A DNA stretch of 64,000 bases from Eledone cirrhosa (lineage: Eukaryota), in assembly GCA_964016885.1 (NCBI GenBank), contig OZ024745.1, forward strand, positions 33,170,001 to 33,234,000, written 5' to 3'. How positions within the stretch are numbered: position 1 is the first letter of the stretch; each line of letters starts with the position of its first letter. Below the pieces are notes generated by a model. That model was not told the DNA's origin. It saw only the letters and a list, made by a program, of their open reading frames with translations, and did no database searches. Positions 51,004 to 61,175 of this stretch are shown here, one piece after another. The translations under genes were made by a program, and so were the position numbers.

Positions 51004-54000
51004 GACACAGATACACAAAATCCGTTTTCATATCAACATTAATCTACAATAGCTCATACTAGAACTGGAACTGTAGTGACCTTATCAGTCAGGTGCGACT
51101 GGCAAAGGTCATAAGTATTGAGAGAAAGAGAGAGAGAGATTATATTTAGAAATTTAGTCTGTTTAAAATTGATTTCAAATATTCAAATAGAAACTTTACC
51201 AATCTAACTCATGAATGACTGAGTGAAATAGTTTTAAGAAAGATGAATAAGGGTATTGGTAGAGAGGATGTAGTTCCTTCATATATTGCATTGTGTGGTA
51301 ACATATTGCTCCATGACTGGCAATAATGGACAGACTTTCTTTAGCTTCACGTAGAACACTTTCCTCCTCTTCTAACATAGTTGACAGTCTGGAAATAAGG
51401 AAGGGAGAAATATTGAAAACAACAACAAAAAAAATAATATTGTGTGGCAACATAATGGGTTCTGATTTAGGTACAACTTTGGGGAGGGAGGGAAGGGGAA
51501 AGTGGATTAAATTGAACCCCAGTGTATTACTGGTACTTTATTTTATCAACCCCGTAAGGACGAAAGGCAAAACTAACCTCGGCAGGATTTGAACTCAGAA
51601 TGTAAAGGGTCGTAACTATATACTGCAAAGTATGTTGTCCGATGCTCTACCGATTCAATGCCGTTAGAGTCACCCATGCATACTAGTCTCCTCTCTTAAT
51701 ACCATTAATGTTGTCCAAGGGAAAGGCAAATACTGATACAGCTTGGCACCAGTGATGTCACATCTCATATATACACATGTATGCACTCTGTATACAATAT
51801 ATATGCTAAATACATGCTATATATATATGCTATATATGATGTTGTCCAAGGGAAAGGTAAATGCCAATACAGCTTGGCACCAGTGATGTCACATCTCATA
51901 TATACACATGTATGCACGCTGTATACAATATATATGCTAAATACATGCTATATATATATGCTATATATGATGTTGTCCAAGGGAAAGGTAAATGCCAATA
52001 CAGCTTGGCACCAGTGATGTCACATCTCATATATACACATGTATGCACGCTGTATACAATATATATGCTAAATACATGCTATATATATATGCTATATATG
52101 ATGTTGTCCAAGGGAAAGGTAAATGCCAATACAGCTTGGCACCAGTGATGTCACATCTCATATATACACATGTATGCACGCTGTATACAATATATATGCT
52201 AAATACATGCTATATATATATGCTATATATGATGTTGTCCAAGGGAAAGGTAAATGCCAATACAGCTTGGCACCAGTGATGTCACATCTCATATATACAC
52301 ATGTATGCACGCTGTATACAATATATATGCTAAATACATGCTATATATATATGCTATATATGATGTTGTCCAAGGGAAAGGTAAATGCCAATACAGCTTG
52401 GCACCAGTGATGTCACATCTCATATATACACATGTATGCACGCTGTATACAATATATATGCTAAATACATGCTATATATATATGCTATATATGATGTTGT
52501 CCAAGGGAAAGGTAAATGCCAATACAGCTTGGCACCAGTGATGTCACATCTCATATATACACATGTATGCACGCTGTATACAATATATATGCTAAATACA
52601 TGCTATATATATATGCTATATATGATGTTGTCCAAGGGAAAGGTAAATGCCAATACAGCTTGGCACCAGTGACATCACAAATCCTTTCTACAGTTTAGTG
52701 AATTGGAGCAATATGAAATAAAGTGTCATATACAAAGACACACTGCACCAAGGAATCGAACTCACAACCTCGCAATTGTGAATCCAACTCTGAAGCCATG
52801 TCCCTTCACTTCCAATGCTTACCGGTCCTTAATTTCACTATGTTGGTTCACCAATTCAGTCAGTTCTTTGACAGTTTGTGTTGACGACAAGAGGTCAATA
52901 TCTTGACACAGTCCTATCAGCAACTTGTCCTCAGTTTCCAGAAACTCCTTAGTCTTAGCCCATTTCTCCTGAAAAATAATCAAGTACAGAATATACCCAA
53001 ATATAACCTCAGAAATATGTGACCCCCACCCCCTAAAAAGATGGTAGAAGGTGGGGATTGGCTTATATTTGGGGTCAATATTTTGATGATTTTCACCAAC
53101 TTCAAATTTTGCATAAGTAAGGTTTGGATTTTTGCCCATTTCTCAGACATAAAATGGTGGGGTTGGCAATACGGTATATAACAAATATAGCTCTCTTAGA
53201 TAATATTAACAATGTCTTAGGGAATTTATGATTTATGAATTATGGATTCAGGGCACAATTGACATGAAACACCCTAAGCTACATACATTTCAAAAACAAC
53301 ACATACACACACAAAAGAAATCAAGAAAACATTCCTTCATAGACATTCACTCCACTTGTTGTAGACTGCACATCAACATCAGACATTCTTCTCCACAAAG
53401 TTTGATCCCAAACAGCAGAGTTTAAAGAGCCAAGGTCAAGGCCAGGACATAAGTTGACATTATCAAGCCAGTGTTATGGCTGTCGACCTTTGCTTTTCTG
53501 GAAAACATTAAAATTACAAAAAAAGACTGTAATTACTTGGAGGAGATGGTTCCGTTCATCTTTGAGGTTAGATTTTTCTTGATTAATACATCTGAGTAAC
53601 AAGTCCTTGTTTAAACACTCATATGACTGTAAAAATGTGATGATGGTCAGATATGGAGAGAGGGTATCAGGTATTAAGGAGGCATCACTTGATGTATGGA
53701 GATAGAGTCGAAATGAAGGTTTACATTCTACTTCAAGGTCACCAATCTGAAAACAGAATCTTTTCTGTTTTAGTACATTAAGTAAAACTAGACATTTCTA
53801 TTTCGTCCATTTTAAAATACATAAAACAATGTATATACTACAGCAACCCAGTAATGTTACATTGACCTGATGATGGTACAATGACCTAGTGGTGGTACAT
53901 GACCCCAGTGGTGTTACACTGGCCCAGTTGTGATACAGTGTCTCAGTGTCACTATAGCAACCTAGTGGTGGTACATGACCCCAGTGGTGTTACACTGGCC

Positions 54001-55107
54001 CAGTTGTGATACAGTGTCTCAGTGTCACTATAGCAACCTAGTGGTGGTACAATGACACCAGTGGTGTTACACTGGCCCAGTTGTGATACAGTGTCTCAGT
54101 GTCACTATAGCAACCTAGTGGTGGTACAATGACCCCAGTGGTGTTACACTGGCCCAGTTGTGATACAGTGTCTCAGTGTCACTATAGCAACCTAGTGGTG
54201 GTACAATGACCCCAGTGGTGTTACACTGGCCCAGTTGTGATACAGTGTCTCAGTGTCACTATAGCAACCTAGTGGTAGTACAATGACACCAGTGGTGTTA
54301 CACTGGCCCAGTTGTGATACAGTGTCTCAGTGTCACTATAGCAACCTAGTGGTGGTACAATGACCCCAGTGGTGTTACACTGGCCCAGTTGTGATACAGT
54401 GTCTCAGTGTCACTATAGCAACCTAGTGGTGGTACAATGACCCCAGTGGTGTTACACTGGCCCAGTTGTGATACAGTGTCTCAGTGTCACTATAGCAACC
54501 TAGTGGTGGTACAATGACACCAGTGGTGTTACACTGGCCCAGTTGTGATACAGTGTCTCAGTGTCACTATAGCAACCTAGTGGTGGTACAATGACCCCAG
54601 TGGTGTTACACTGGCCCAGTTGTGATACAGTGTCTCAGTGTCACTATAGCAACCTAGTGGTGGTACAATGACACCAGTGGTGTTACACTGGCCCAGTTGT
54701 GATACAGTGTCTCAGTGTCACTATAGCAACCTAGTGGTGGTACAATGACCCCAGTGGTGTTACACTGGCCCAGTTGTGATACAGTGTCTCAGTGTCACTA
54801 TAGCAACCTAGTGGTGGTACAATGACACCAGTGGTGTTACACTGGCCCAGTTGTGATACAGTGTCTCAGTGTCACTATAGCAACCTAGTGATATTACAAT
54901 AATCCCAGTGGTGTTACACTGACCTCAGGGGTGTTACAGAGACCTCAGGGGCGTTACACTGACCTCTGTGGTGTTACACTGACCTCAGTGGTATTACACT
55001 GACCTCAGGGGTGTTACACTGACCTACATAATGTTACACTAATTCCAATATGCCATAATGCCCCAGTGAGGCTACAGTGACCTGGAGTTGCTACAGCAAC
55101 CAATCCT

Positions 55108-55151
<44 letters not shown>

Positions 55152-56268
55152 TTACTACTAATACTACTACTATTACTACTACTTCAAGGTACCCTCCCCC
55201 CACCTGCCACTTGTTAAGTAGAAACATGATGACTTACACACATCTTGAAAGGATGTACTGCTTGTATAAACCTTTTGTAGGCAAAGATCACTGAGAGAAG
55301 TTGTTGATTATTATGTAACTTCTGAGGATCACAATCAGTAACAAACAACATTAAACCTTCATTTAAACAAGCCTCGAATTGAGATTCCAAATCCTGAAAT
55401 AAACAAACAAAATATGAGGAAAACAATATCAATAATAATAATAGTAATAATTGTGATGACACAAAGCCACATATTTTGGGGAGAGTAGAGTAAATTATAT
55501 TGACCCCCAACACTTAACTGGTATATATTTAATTGGCATCAAAGGAAATAACAATACTCGTAATGATGATTTCTAGCATAGGCACAGCACTGCCAATTTT
55601 GTGAGTAGTACTTAATTTATTGAACCGAGGAGGATGAAAAACTAAGTAGATTCAGTGTGATTTAAAATCAGAACAAATTATAAAATTTATAGATAATAAC
55701 AATAATAATTGTTTCTACTTTTGGCACAAGGCCAGCAATTAAACAGTGTATTACTGGTACTTTATTTTATCGACCCCGTAAGGATGAAAGGCAAAGTTAA
55801 CCTCGGCGAGATTTGAACTCAGATCATAAAGGCCCGTAACTCCATGCTGCAAAGCATGGCGTCCAACTCTTTAATGATACTGCCAATTTTGATTACATTG
55901 ACTCCAGTACTTTAACTCCAGAAGGATAAATGACAAAATTGACTTCAGCAGGATTTGAACTCAGATCAGAAAGAGCCCCCCCCCCCCCAAATGCTGCAAA
56001 GTATTTTGTCTGATGCTCTAATAATTCTGCCTCTTCACTGCCCCAAACTAGAAAACTAGAAATGATAAAGAATTTGACTTACATTGAAAGACACCACAAC
56101 AAAGTCTTTTTTCAGAAAGATCTGCTGACATTCTAAAGCCCAGCAGTTAGGGTCACACAATATTGGCCATGTTGTCCACATTTTATCATCCACAAAGAAG
56201 CAACAGTTTTCCAGGAAAACTTTACTTGTAGGCAGGGCATAAGACATTTCAAGTTCAATCTTCAGAAG
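27510..56268 (-). CDS. Divergent dynein heavy chain-like gene, 3' 19 exons (AAA5 region, AAA6, lid, C-terminal domain); upstream exons lie beyond the window
   Basis: 19 GT-AG exons join in phase into 3342 nt. Dynein-like motifs: WPILCDP (cf. WPLLIDP), [16 protein letters not shown] (cf. IGD..YS..FRLYL), [15 protein letters not shown] (cf. WVLLQNCH), [36 protein letters not shown]. Confidence 0.85.
28764..28925 (-). CDS. Dynein heavy chain-like exon
   Basis: cag|[21 protein letters not shown]...GRDKDH|gtatg. Confidence 0.85.
29116..29313. mobile_element. Mariner/Tc1-type MITE
   Basis: About 30-bp TIRs CAAGGGTAGGCTGAAAAGTTCATAGGCTGAC / GTCAGCCTATGAACCTTTCAGCCGACCCTCG; TA on both sides. Confidence 0.85.
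29385..29594 (-). CDS. Dynein heavy chain-like exon
   Basis: cag|TIKSIF...[21 protein letters not shown]...[15 protein letters not shown]...|gtgag. Confidence 0.85.
30395..30918. repeat. Degenerate (AAC/ACC)n microsatellite with ACAGCAAACAATATT sub-units
   Basis: Visible directly; intronic. Confidence 0.9.
30928..31044 (-). CDS. Dynein heavy chain-like exon (missed by ORF track)
   Basis: cag|[39 protein letters not shown]|gtttg. Confidence 0.75.
31321..32157 (-). mobile_element. Non-autonomous Helitron
   Basis: Minus strand reads a|TC TATATTACTAAAA ... CCCGAGCAACGCCGGG hairpin (31333-31348) ... CTAG|t. Inserted between A and T with no TSD; (CTGT)n near the 5' end. Confidence 0.8.
32645..32900 (+). 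mobile_element. tRNA-derived SINE, family 2 (CORE-like + V-like domains)
   Basis: TGGCCTAGTGG A box, CTTGAGCAAAACACTT central motif, AACCCTGCAGTGGAC; paralog at 48083-48365. Confidence 0.7.
33217..33347 (-). CDS. Dynein heavy chain-like exon
   Basis: cag|GMTPAPL...[19 protein letters not shown]|gtcag; phase fits. Confidence 0.7.
33480..35200 (-). mobile_element. Internally deleted CMC/Chapaev3-type DNA transposon
   Basis: TIRs CACCGTGTAACA...TTTTTGTTC / GAACAAA...TGTTACACGGTG; TTA duplicated on both flanks; transposase remnant inside. Confidence 0.8.
33760..34850 (-). pseudogene. Frameshifted, N-terminally deleted transposase (Chapaev3-like)
   Basis: [69 protein letters not shown] spread over three frames. 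Confidence 0.85.
36366..36499. repeat. Near-perfect 134-bp palindrome (fold-back of SINE family 1)
   Basis: 67-bp arms centred on GTT|AAC (36432/36433), about 4 mismatches. Confidence 0.9.
36836..36908 (-). CDS. Dynein heavy chain-like exon
   Basis: tag|[24 protein letters not shown]|gtatg; phase fits. Confidence 0.68.
37102..37293. mobile_element. Mariner/Tc1-type MITE
   Basis: Same family as 29116-29313; TA flanks. Confidence 0.78.
37466..37596 (-). CDS. Dynein heavy chain-like exon
   Basis: cag|[15 protein letters not shown]...[22 protein letters not shown]|gtaca; phase fits. Confidence 0.72.
37870..38630 (+). pseudogene. Degenerate internal RTE LINE fragment (RT)
   Basis: [42 protein letters not shown] with frameshifts. 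Confidence 0.85.
38999..39110 (-). CDS. Dynein heavy chain-like exon
   Basis: cag|[24 protein letters not shown]...|gtaag (cf. EINYGG.VTD..D). Confidence 0.78.
39668..40012 (+). mobile_element. Chimeric SINE: tRNA head + CORE-like body + RTE 3' UTR + (GAT)n tail, inside (TA)n
   Basis: A box TGGCTTAGTGG and B box GAGTTCAATTC; 39835-39950 matches the RTE 3' UTR at about 727-900; tail hairpin CCCTTGCAAGCAGGG as at 8281. Confidence 0.8.
40318..43572. repeat. About 3.25-kb compound trinucleotide array (GTG/GTA/ATG; basic unit GTAATGATGGTAGTGGTG and variants)
   Basis: Visible directly; lies in the dynein intron 39111-43642. Confidence 0.95.
43643..43756 (-). CDS. Dynein heavy chain-like exon
   Basis: cag|EAIKFAGSD...[11 protein letters not shown]|gtaat. 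Confidence 0.78.
44305..44580 (-). pseudogene. R4/Dong-type LINE fragment (restriction-like endonuclease C-terminus)
   Basis: CLLIDVVCP...[30 protein letters not shown]...ANILQRVL. Confidence 0.7.
45131..45325 (-). CDS. Dynein heavy chain-like exon
   Basis: tag|HAKDCLQ...[15 protein letters not shown]...GWE...NSTDLQ|gtagg. Confidence 0.8.
46171..46632. mobile_element. Head-to-head inverted pair of same-subfamily tRNA/CORE SINEs separated by (TA)n
   Basis: 46177-46377 is the reverse complement of 46411-46625; the spacer is only (TA)~16. Confidence 0.88.
46746..46934 (-). CDS. Dynein heavy chain-like exon (AAA6; missed by ORF track)
   Basis: cag|[13 protein letters not shown]...[10 protein letters not shown]...[18 protein letters not shown]|gtgag. 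Confidence 0.85.
47429..47651 (-). CDS. Dynein heavy chain-like exon (AAA6)
   Basis: cag|FVANFLPN...[10 protein letters not shown]...KMSQ|gtaaa. Confidence 0.8.
48083..48365 (+). mobile_element. tRNA-derived SINE, family 2
   Basis: Paralog of 32645-32900; AACCCTGTGACAGACTGGCATCCTGTCC V-like motif. Confidence 0.7.
48405..48595 (-). mobile_element. tRNA-derived SINE, family 1
   Basis: Reverse complement of the 16572 and 19931 copies. Confidence 0.8.
49265..49653 (-). CDS. Dynein heavy chain-like exon
   Basis: tag|IDLVKGH...[13 protein letters not shown]...[15 protein letters not shown]...LGN|gtaa. Confidence 0.85.
50320..50431 (-). CDS. Dynein heavy chain-like exon
   Basis: cag|[12 protein letters not shown]...[16 protein letters not shown]|gtaag. 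Confidence 0.8.
51200..51388 (-). CDS. Dynein heavy chain-like exon
   Basis: cag|LSTMLEEE...[33 protein letters not shown]...|gtaaa. Confidence 0.85.
51708..52672. repeat. 131-bp tandem repeat, about 7.3 near-identical copies, inside a minus-strand SINE
   Basis: ATGTTGTCCAAGGGAAAGG recurs every 131 bp; the ORF track shows identical shifted ORFs. Confidence 0.95.
52823..52968 (-). CDS. Dynein heavy chain-like exon
   Basis: cag|[29 protein letters not shown]...|gtaag. Confidence 0.8.
53537..53746 (-). CDS. Dynein heavy chain-like exon (missed by ORF track)
   Basis: cag|[18 protein letters not shown]...[15 protein letters not shown]|gtaat. Confidence 0.85.
53850..55045. repeat. 77-bp tandem repeat (about 13 copies) built of 19-20-bp monomers, flanked by free monomers
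   Basis: CCTAGTGGTGGTAC at 53961, 54037, 54114 and onward; GACCTCAG(G/T)GGTGTTACACT monomers at 54905-55040. Confidence 0.92.
55238..55393 (-). CDS. Dynein heavy chain-like exon
   Basis: cag|[20 protein letters not shown]...HPFKMC|gtaag. Confidence 0.78.
56083..56268 (-). CDS. Dynein heavy chain-like exon (AAA5 start)
   Basis: tag|[23 protein letters not shown]...[13 protein letters not shown]...VVSFN|gtaag. Confidence 0.8.
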
Positions 56269-56470
56269 CTAAAAGAAAGAAAGTCCTAAATAATAATCCA
56301 TATGTTACTAAGTAATAACCATTAACACAATACTAACCTTTGAGTTAAAGTAATAGCTATTAAGTCTTTGAGTAATAACCTTTGTGTTATTAAGTAATAA
56401 TCATAATGTTATTGAGTAATAATCCCTGTGTTAAAGTAATAACCTTTATGGTATTAAGTAATAATCGTTA

Positions 56471-56879
56471 TGTTATTAAATAATTGTTTCTACTTTTGGC
56501 ACAAGACCAGCAATTATCCCAGTGTATTACTGGTACTTCAATTTATCGACCCCGTAAGGATGAAAGGCAAAATTAACCTCGGCGGGATTTGAACTCAGCC
56601 CATAAAGGGTCGTAACTCTTTGCTGCAAAGCATGGCGTCTGACCCTCTACCGATACTGCCAATCCACCGCCTTGTTATTAAATAATTGTTTCTACGTTAG
56701 GCACAAGGCCAGCAAATACCCAGTGTATTACTGGTACTTTATTTTATCGACCCCGTAAGGATGAAAGGCAAAGTTAACATCGGTGGGATTTGAACTCAGA
56801 ATAGCAAGGGCCGTAACTCTATGCGTCAAAGCATGGCGTCCGACTCTCTACCAATCCACCGCCCTTGTTATTAAATAAT
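56471..56879 (-). mobile_element. Tandem dimer of family-1 SINEs
   Basis: Two head-to-tail copies; TGTTATTAAATAAT occurs before, between and after them. Confidence 0.8.
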
Positions 56880-59800
56880 ATTAGTTGTTATTAAGTAATG
56901 TTCATTATATTATTAAGTAAAATATCATTGTGTTATTAAGGGATAATCATCTTTCAAGTAATAATCCTTGTAGAATCTGTTTATTTTTACATTTGTTTCA
57001 GTAGTAAAATACCAAAATTATTATTAAATAGAAATGTTGCTGGTGTAACAACAATAACAACTGCCACAACCACATGTATCTGTTGTAATGTAGAAAGCTT
57101 CATTAGTTAGTCTTGTCTGTATAGTGTCACATCTGTATCTGTTATAGTGTAGGAAGCTTCATTAGTTAGTTACTACATCTGGTAATGTCTGTATAGTGTC
57201 ACATCTGTATCTGTTGTAATGTAGAAAGCTTCATTAGTTAGTCTTGTCTGTATAGTGTCACATCTGTATCTGTTATAGTGTAGGAAGCTTCATTAGTTAG
57301 TTACTACATCTGGTAATGTCTGTATAGTGTCACATCTGTATCTGTTGTAATGTAGAAAGCTTCATTAGTTAGTCTTGTCTGTATCGTGTCACATCTGTAT
57401 CTGTTATAGTGTAGGAAGCTTCATTAGTTAGTTACTACATCTGGTAATGTCTGTATAGTGTCACATCTGTATCTATTGTAATGTAGAAAGCTTCATTAGT
57501 TAGTTACTACATCTGGTAATGTCTGTATAGTGTCATATCTGTATCTGTTATAGTGTAGGAAGCTTCATTAGTTAGTTACTACATCTGGTAATGTCTGTAT
57601 AGTGTCACATCTGTATCTGTTGTAATGTAGAAAGCTTCATTAGTTAGTTACTACATCTGGTAATGTCTGTATAGTGTCACATCTGTATCTGTTATAGTGT
57701 AGGAAGCTTCATTAGTTAGTTACTACATCTGGTAATGTCTGTATAGTGTCACATCTGTATCTGTTATAGTGTAGAAAGCTTCATTAGTTAGTTACTACAT
57801 CTGGTAATGTCTGTATAGTGTCACATCTGTATCTGTTATAGTGTAGGAAGCTTCATTAGTTAGTTACTATATCTGGTAATGTCTGTATAGTGTCACATCT
57901 GTATCTGTTATAGTGTAGAAAGCTTCATTAGTTAGTTACTACATCTGGTAATGTCTGTATAGTGTCATATCTGTATCTGTTATAGTGTAGGAAGCTTCAT
58001 TAGTTAGTTACTACATCTGGTAATGTCTGTATAGTGTCACATCTGTATCTGTTGTAATGTAGAAAGCTTCATTAGTTAGTCTTGTCTGTATAGTGTCACA
58101 TCTGTATCTGTTATAGTGTAGAAAGCTTCATTAGTTAGTTACTACATCTGGTAATGTCTGTATAGTGTCACATCTGTATCTGTTATAGTGTAGAAAGCTT
58201 CATTAGTTAGTTACTACATCTGGTAATGTCTGTATAGTGTCACATCTGTATCTGTTATAGTGTAGGAAGCTTCATTAGTTAGTTACTACATCTGGTAATG
58301 TCTGTATAGTGTCACATCTGTATCTGTTATAGTGTAGGAAGCTTCATTAGTTAGTTACTACATCTGGTAATGTCTGTATAGTGTCATATCTGTATCTGTT
58401 ATAGTGTAGGAAGCTTCATTAGTTAGTTACTACATCTGGTAATGTATGTATAGTGTCACATCTGTATCTGTTATAGTGTAGGAAGCTTCATTAGTTAGTT
58501 ACTACATCTGGTAATGTCTGTATAGTGTCATATCTGTATCTGTTATAGTGTAGGAAGCTTCATTAGTTAGTTACTACATCTGGTAATGTCTGTATAGTGT
58601 CACATCTGTATCTGTTGTAATGTAGAAAGCTTCATTAGTTAGTCTTGTCTGTATAGTGTCACATCTGTATCTGTTATAGTGTAGGAAGCTTCATTAGTTA
58701 GTTACTACATCTGGTAATGTCTGTATAGTGTCACATCTGTATCTGTTGTAATGTAGAAAGCTTCATTAGTTAGTCTTGTCTGTATAGTGTCACCTCTGTA
58801 TCTGTTATAGTGTAGGAAGCTTCATTAGTTAGTCTTGTCTGTATAGTGTCATATCTGTATCTGTTATAGTGTAGAAAGCTTCATTAGTTAGTTACTACAT
58901 CTGGTAATGTCTGTATAGTGTCATATCTGTATCTGTTATAGTGTAGAAAGCTTCATTAGTTAGTTACTACATCTGGTAATGTCTGTATAGTGTCACATCT
59001 GTATCTGTTGTAATGTAGACAGCTTCATGAGTTAGTCTTGTCTGTATAGTGTCACATCTGTATCTGTTATAGTGTAGGAAGCTTCATTAGTTAGTCTTGT
59101 CTGTATAGTGTCATATCTGTATCTGTTATAGTGTAGAAAGCTTCATTAGTTAGTTACTACATCTGGTAATGTCTGTATAGTGTCATATCTGTATCTGTTA
59201 TAGTGTAGAAAGCTTCATTAGTTAGTTACTACATCTGGTAATGTCTGTATAGTGTCACATCTGTATCTGTTATAGTGTAGGAAGCTTCATTAGTTAGTTA
59301 CTACATCTGGTAATGTCTGTATAGTGTCATATCTGTATCTGTTATAGTGTAGGAAGCTTCATTAGTTAGTCTTGTCTGTATAGTGTCACATCTGTATCTG
59401 TTATAGTGTAGGAAGCTTCATTAGTTAGTTACTACATCTGGTAATGTCTGTATAGTGTCACATCTGTATCTGTTATAGTGTAGAAAGCTTCATTAGTTAG
59501 TTACTACATCTGGTAATGTCTGTATAGTGTCACATCTGTATCTGTTATAGTGTAGGAAGCTTCATTAGTTAGTTACTACATCTGGTAATGTCTGTATAGT
59601 GTCATATCTGTATCTGTTATAGTGTAGGAAGCTTCATTAGTTAGTTACTACATCTGGTAATGTATGTATAGTGTCACATCTGTATCTGTTATAGTGTAGG
59701 AAGCTTCATTAGTTAGTTACTACATCTGGTAATGTCTGTATAGTGTCATATCTGTATCTGTTATAGTGTAGGAAGCTTCATTAGTTAGTTACTACATCTG

Positions 59801-60827
59801 GTAATGTCTGTATAGTGTCACATCTGTATCTGTTGTAATGTAGAAAGCTTCATTAGTTAGTCTTGTCTGTATAGTGTCACATCTGTATCTGTTATAGTGT
59901 AGGAAGCTTCATTAGTTAGTTACTACATCTGGTAATGTCTGTATAGTGTCACATCTGTATCTGTTGTAATGTAGACAGCTTCATGAGTTAGTCTTGTCTG
60001 TATAGTGTCACCTCTGTATCTGTTATAGTGTAGGAAGCTTCATTAGTTAGTCTTGTCTGTATAGTGTCATATCTGTATCTGTTATAGTGTAGAAAGCTTC
60101 ATTAGTTAGTTACTACATCTGGTAATGTCTGTATAGTGTCATATCTGTATCTGTTATAGTGTAGAAAGCTTCATTAGTTAGTTACTACATCTGGTAATGT
60201 CTGTATAGTGTCACATCTGTATCTGTTGTAATGTAGACAGCTTCATGAGTTAGTCTTGTCTGTATAGTGTCACATCTGTATCTGTTATAGTGTAGGAAGC
60301 TTCATTAGTTAGTCTTGTCTGTATAGTGTCATATCTGTATCTGTTATAGTGTAGAAAGCTTCATTAGTTAGTTACTACATCTGGTAATGTCTGTATAGTG
60401 TCATATCTGTATCTGTTATAGTGTAGAAAGCTTCATTAGTTAGTTACTACATCTGGTAATGTCTGTATAGTGTCACATCTGTATCTGTTATAGTGTAGAA
60501 AGCTTCATTAGTTAGTTACTACATCTGGTAATGTCTGTATAGTGTCACATCTGTATCTGTTATAGTGTAGGAAGCTTCATTAGTTAGTTACTACATCTGG
60601 TAATGTCTGTATAGTGTCATATCTGTATCTGTTATAGTGTAGGAAGCTTCATTAGTTAGTTACTACATCTGGTAATGTATGTATAGTGTCACATCTGTAT
60701 CTGTTATAGTGTAGGAAGCTTCATTAGTTAGTTACTACATCTGGTAATGTCTGTATAGTGTCATATCTGTAATAGTGTAGAAAGCTTCATTAGTTAGTTA
60801 CTACATCTGGTAATGTCTGTATAGTGT

Positions 60828-61156
60828 TGTAGCGGTTGTCTCCCTTGTTTTGATTGGGATCTAGACGGGAGGTGGAACCCTTTCTGCGACTTCCGGTCAG
60901 AGCCCTATAAAACTAACAACTTTAAGCTTCCTTTCTCTCTTTGCCTTTTCGGCACCAGGTCGAAGAGCCTCTCATTTGGCTCTGCCATTAATTTGGCCAA
61001 CAGGCGCCTGGCAATCAAAACGGTAACTACTAACTTTGTTTCATTCTAACATCTATCTTTGACATGTCAAGTATTCTATCTACCGTTAATTAAATATTAT
61101 ATACACAAACCATGTCTCGTTTTGTTACATTCATACAACCCAGTATCTTCGCTATA
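60828..61156 (+). repeat. 5' LTR (329 bp)
   Basis: TGTAGCG...CGCTATA; TATAAAA at 60906-60912; ATTAAA at 61089-61094. Confidence 0.9.
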
Positions 61157-61157
61157 T

Positions 61158-61175
61158 TGGTGACCCCGACGTGAT
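61158..61175 (+). promoter_or_regulatory. Primer binding site for tRNA-Trp
   Basis: TGGTGACCCCGACGTGAT is complementary to the 3' 18 nt of eukaryotic tRNA-Trp (ATCACGTCGGGGTCACCA), 1 nt after the LTR. Confidence 0.9.

Noticed and set aside
51708-57470. Link between the 131-bp minisatellite and the 131-bp satellite dimer
   Set aside because: Same period but no evident sequence similarity; treated as coincidence.
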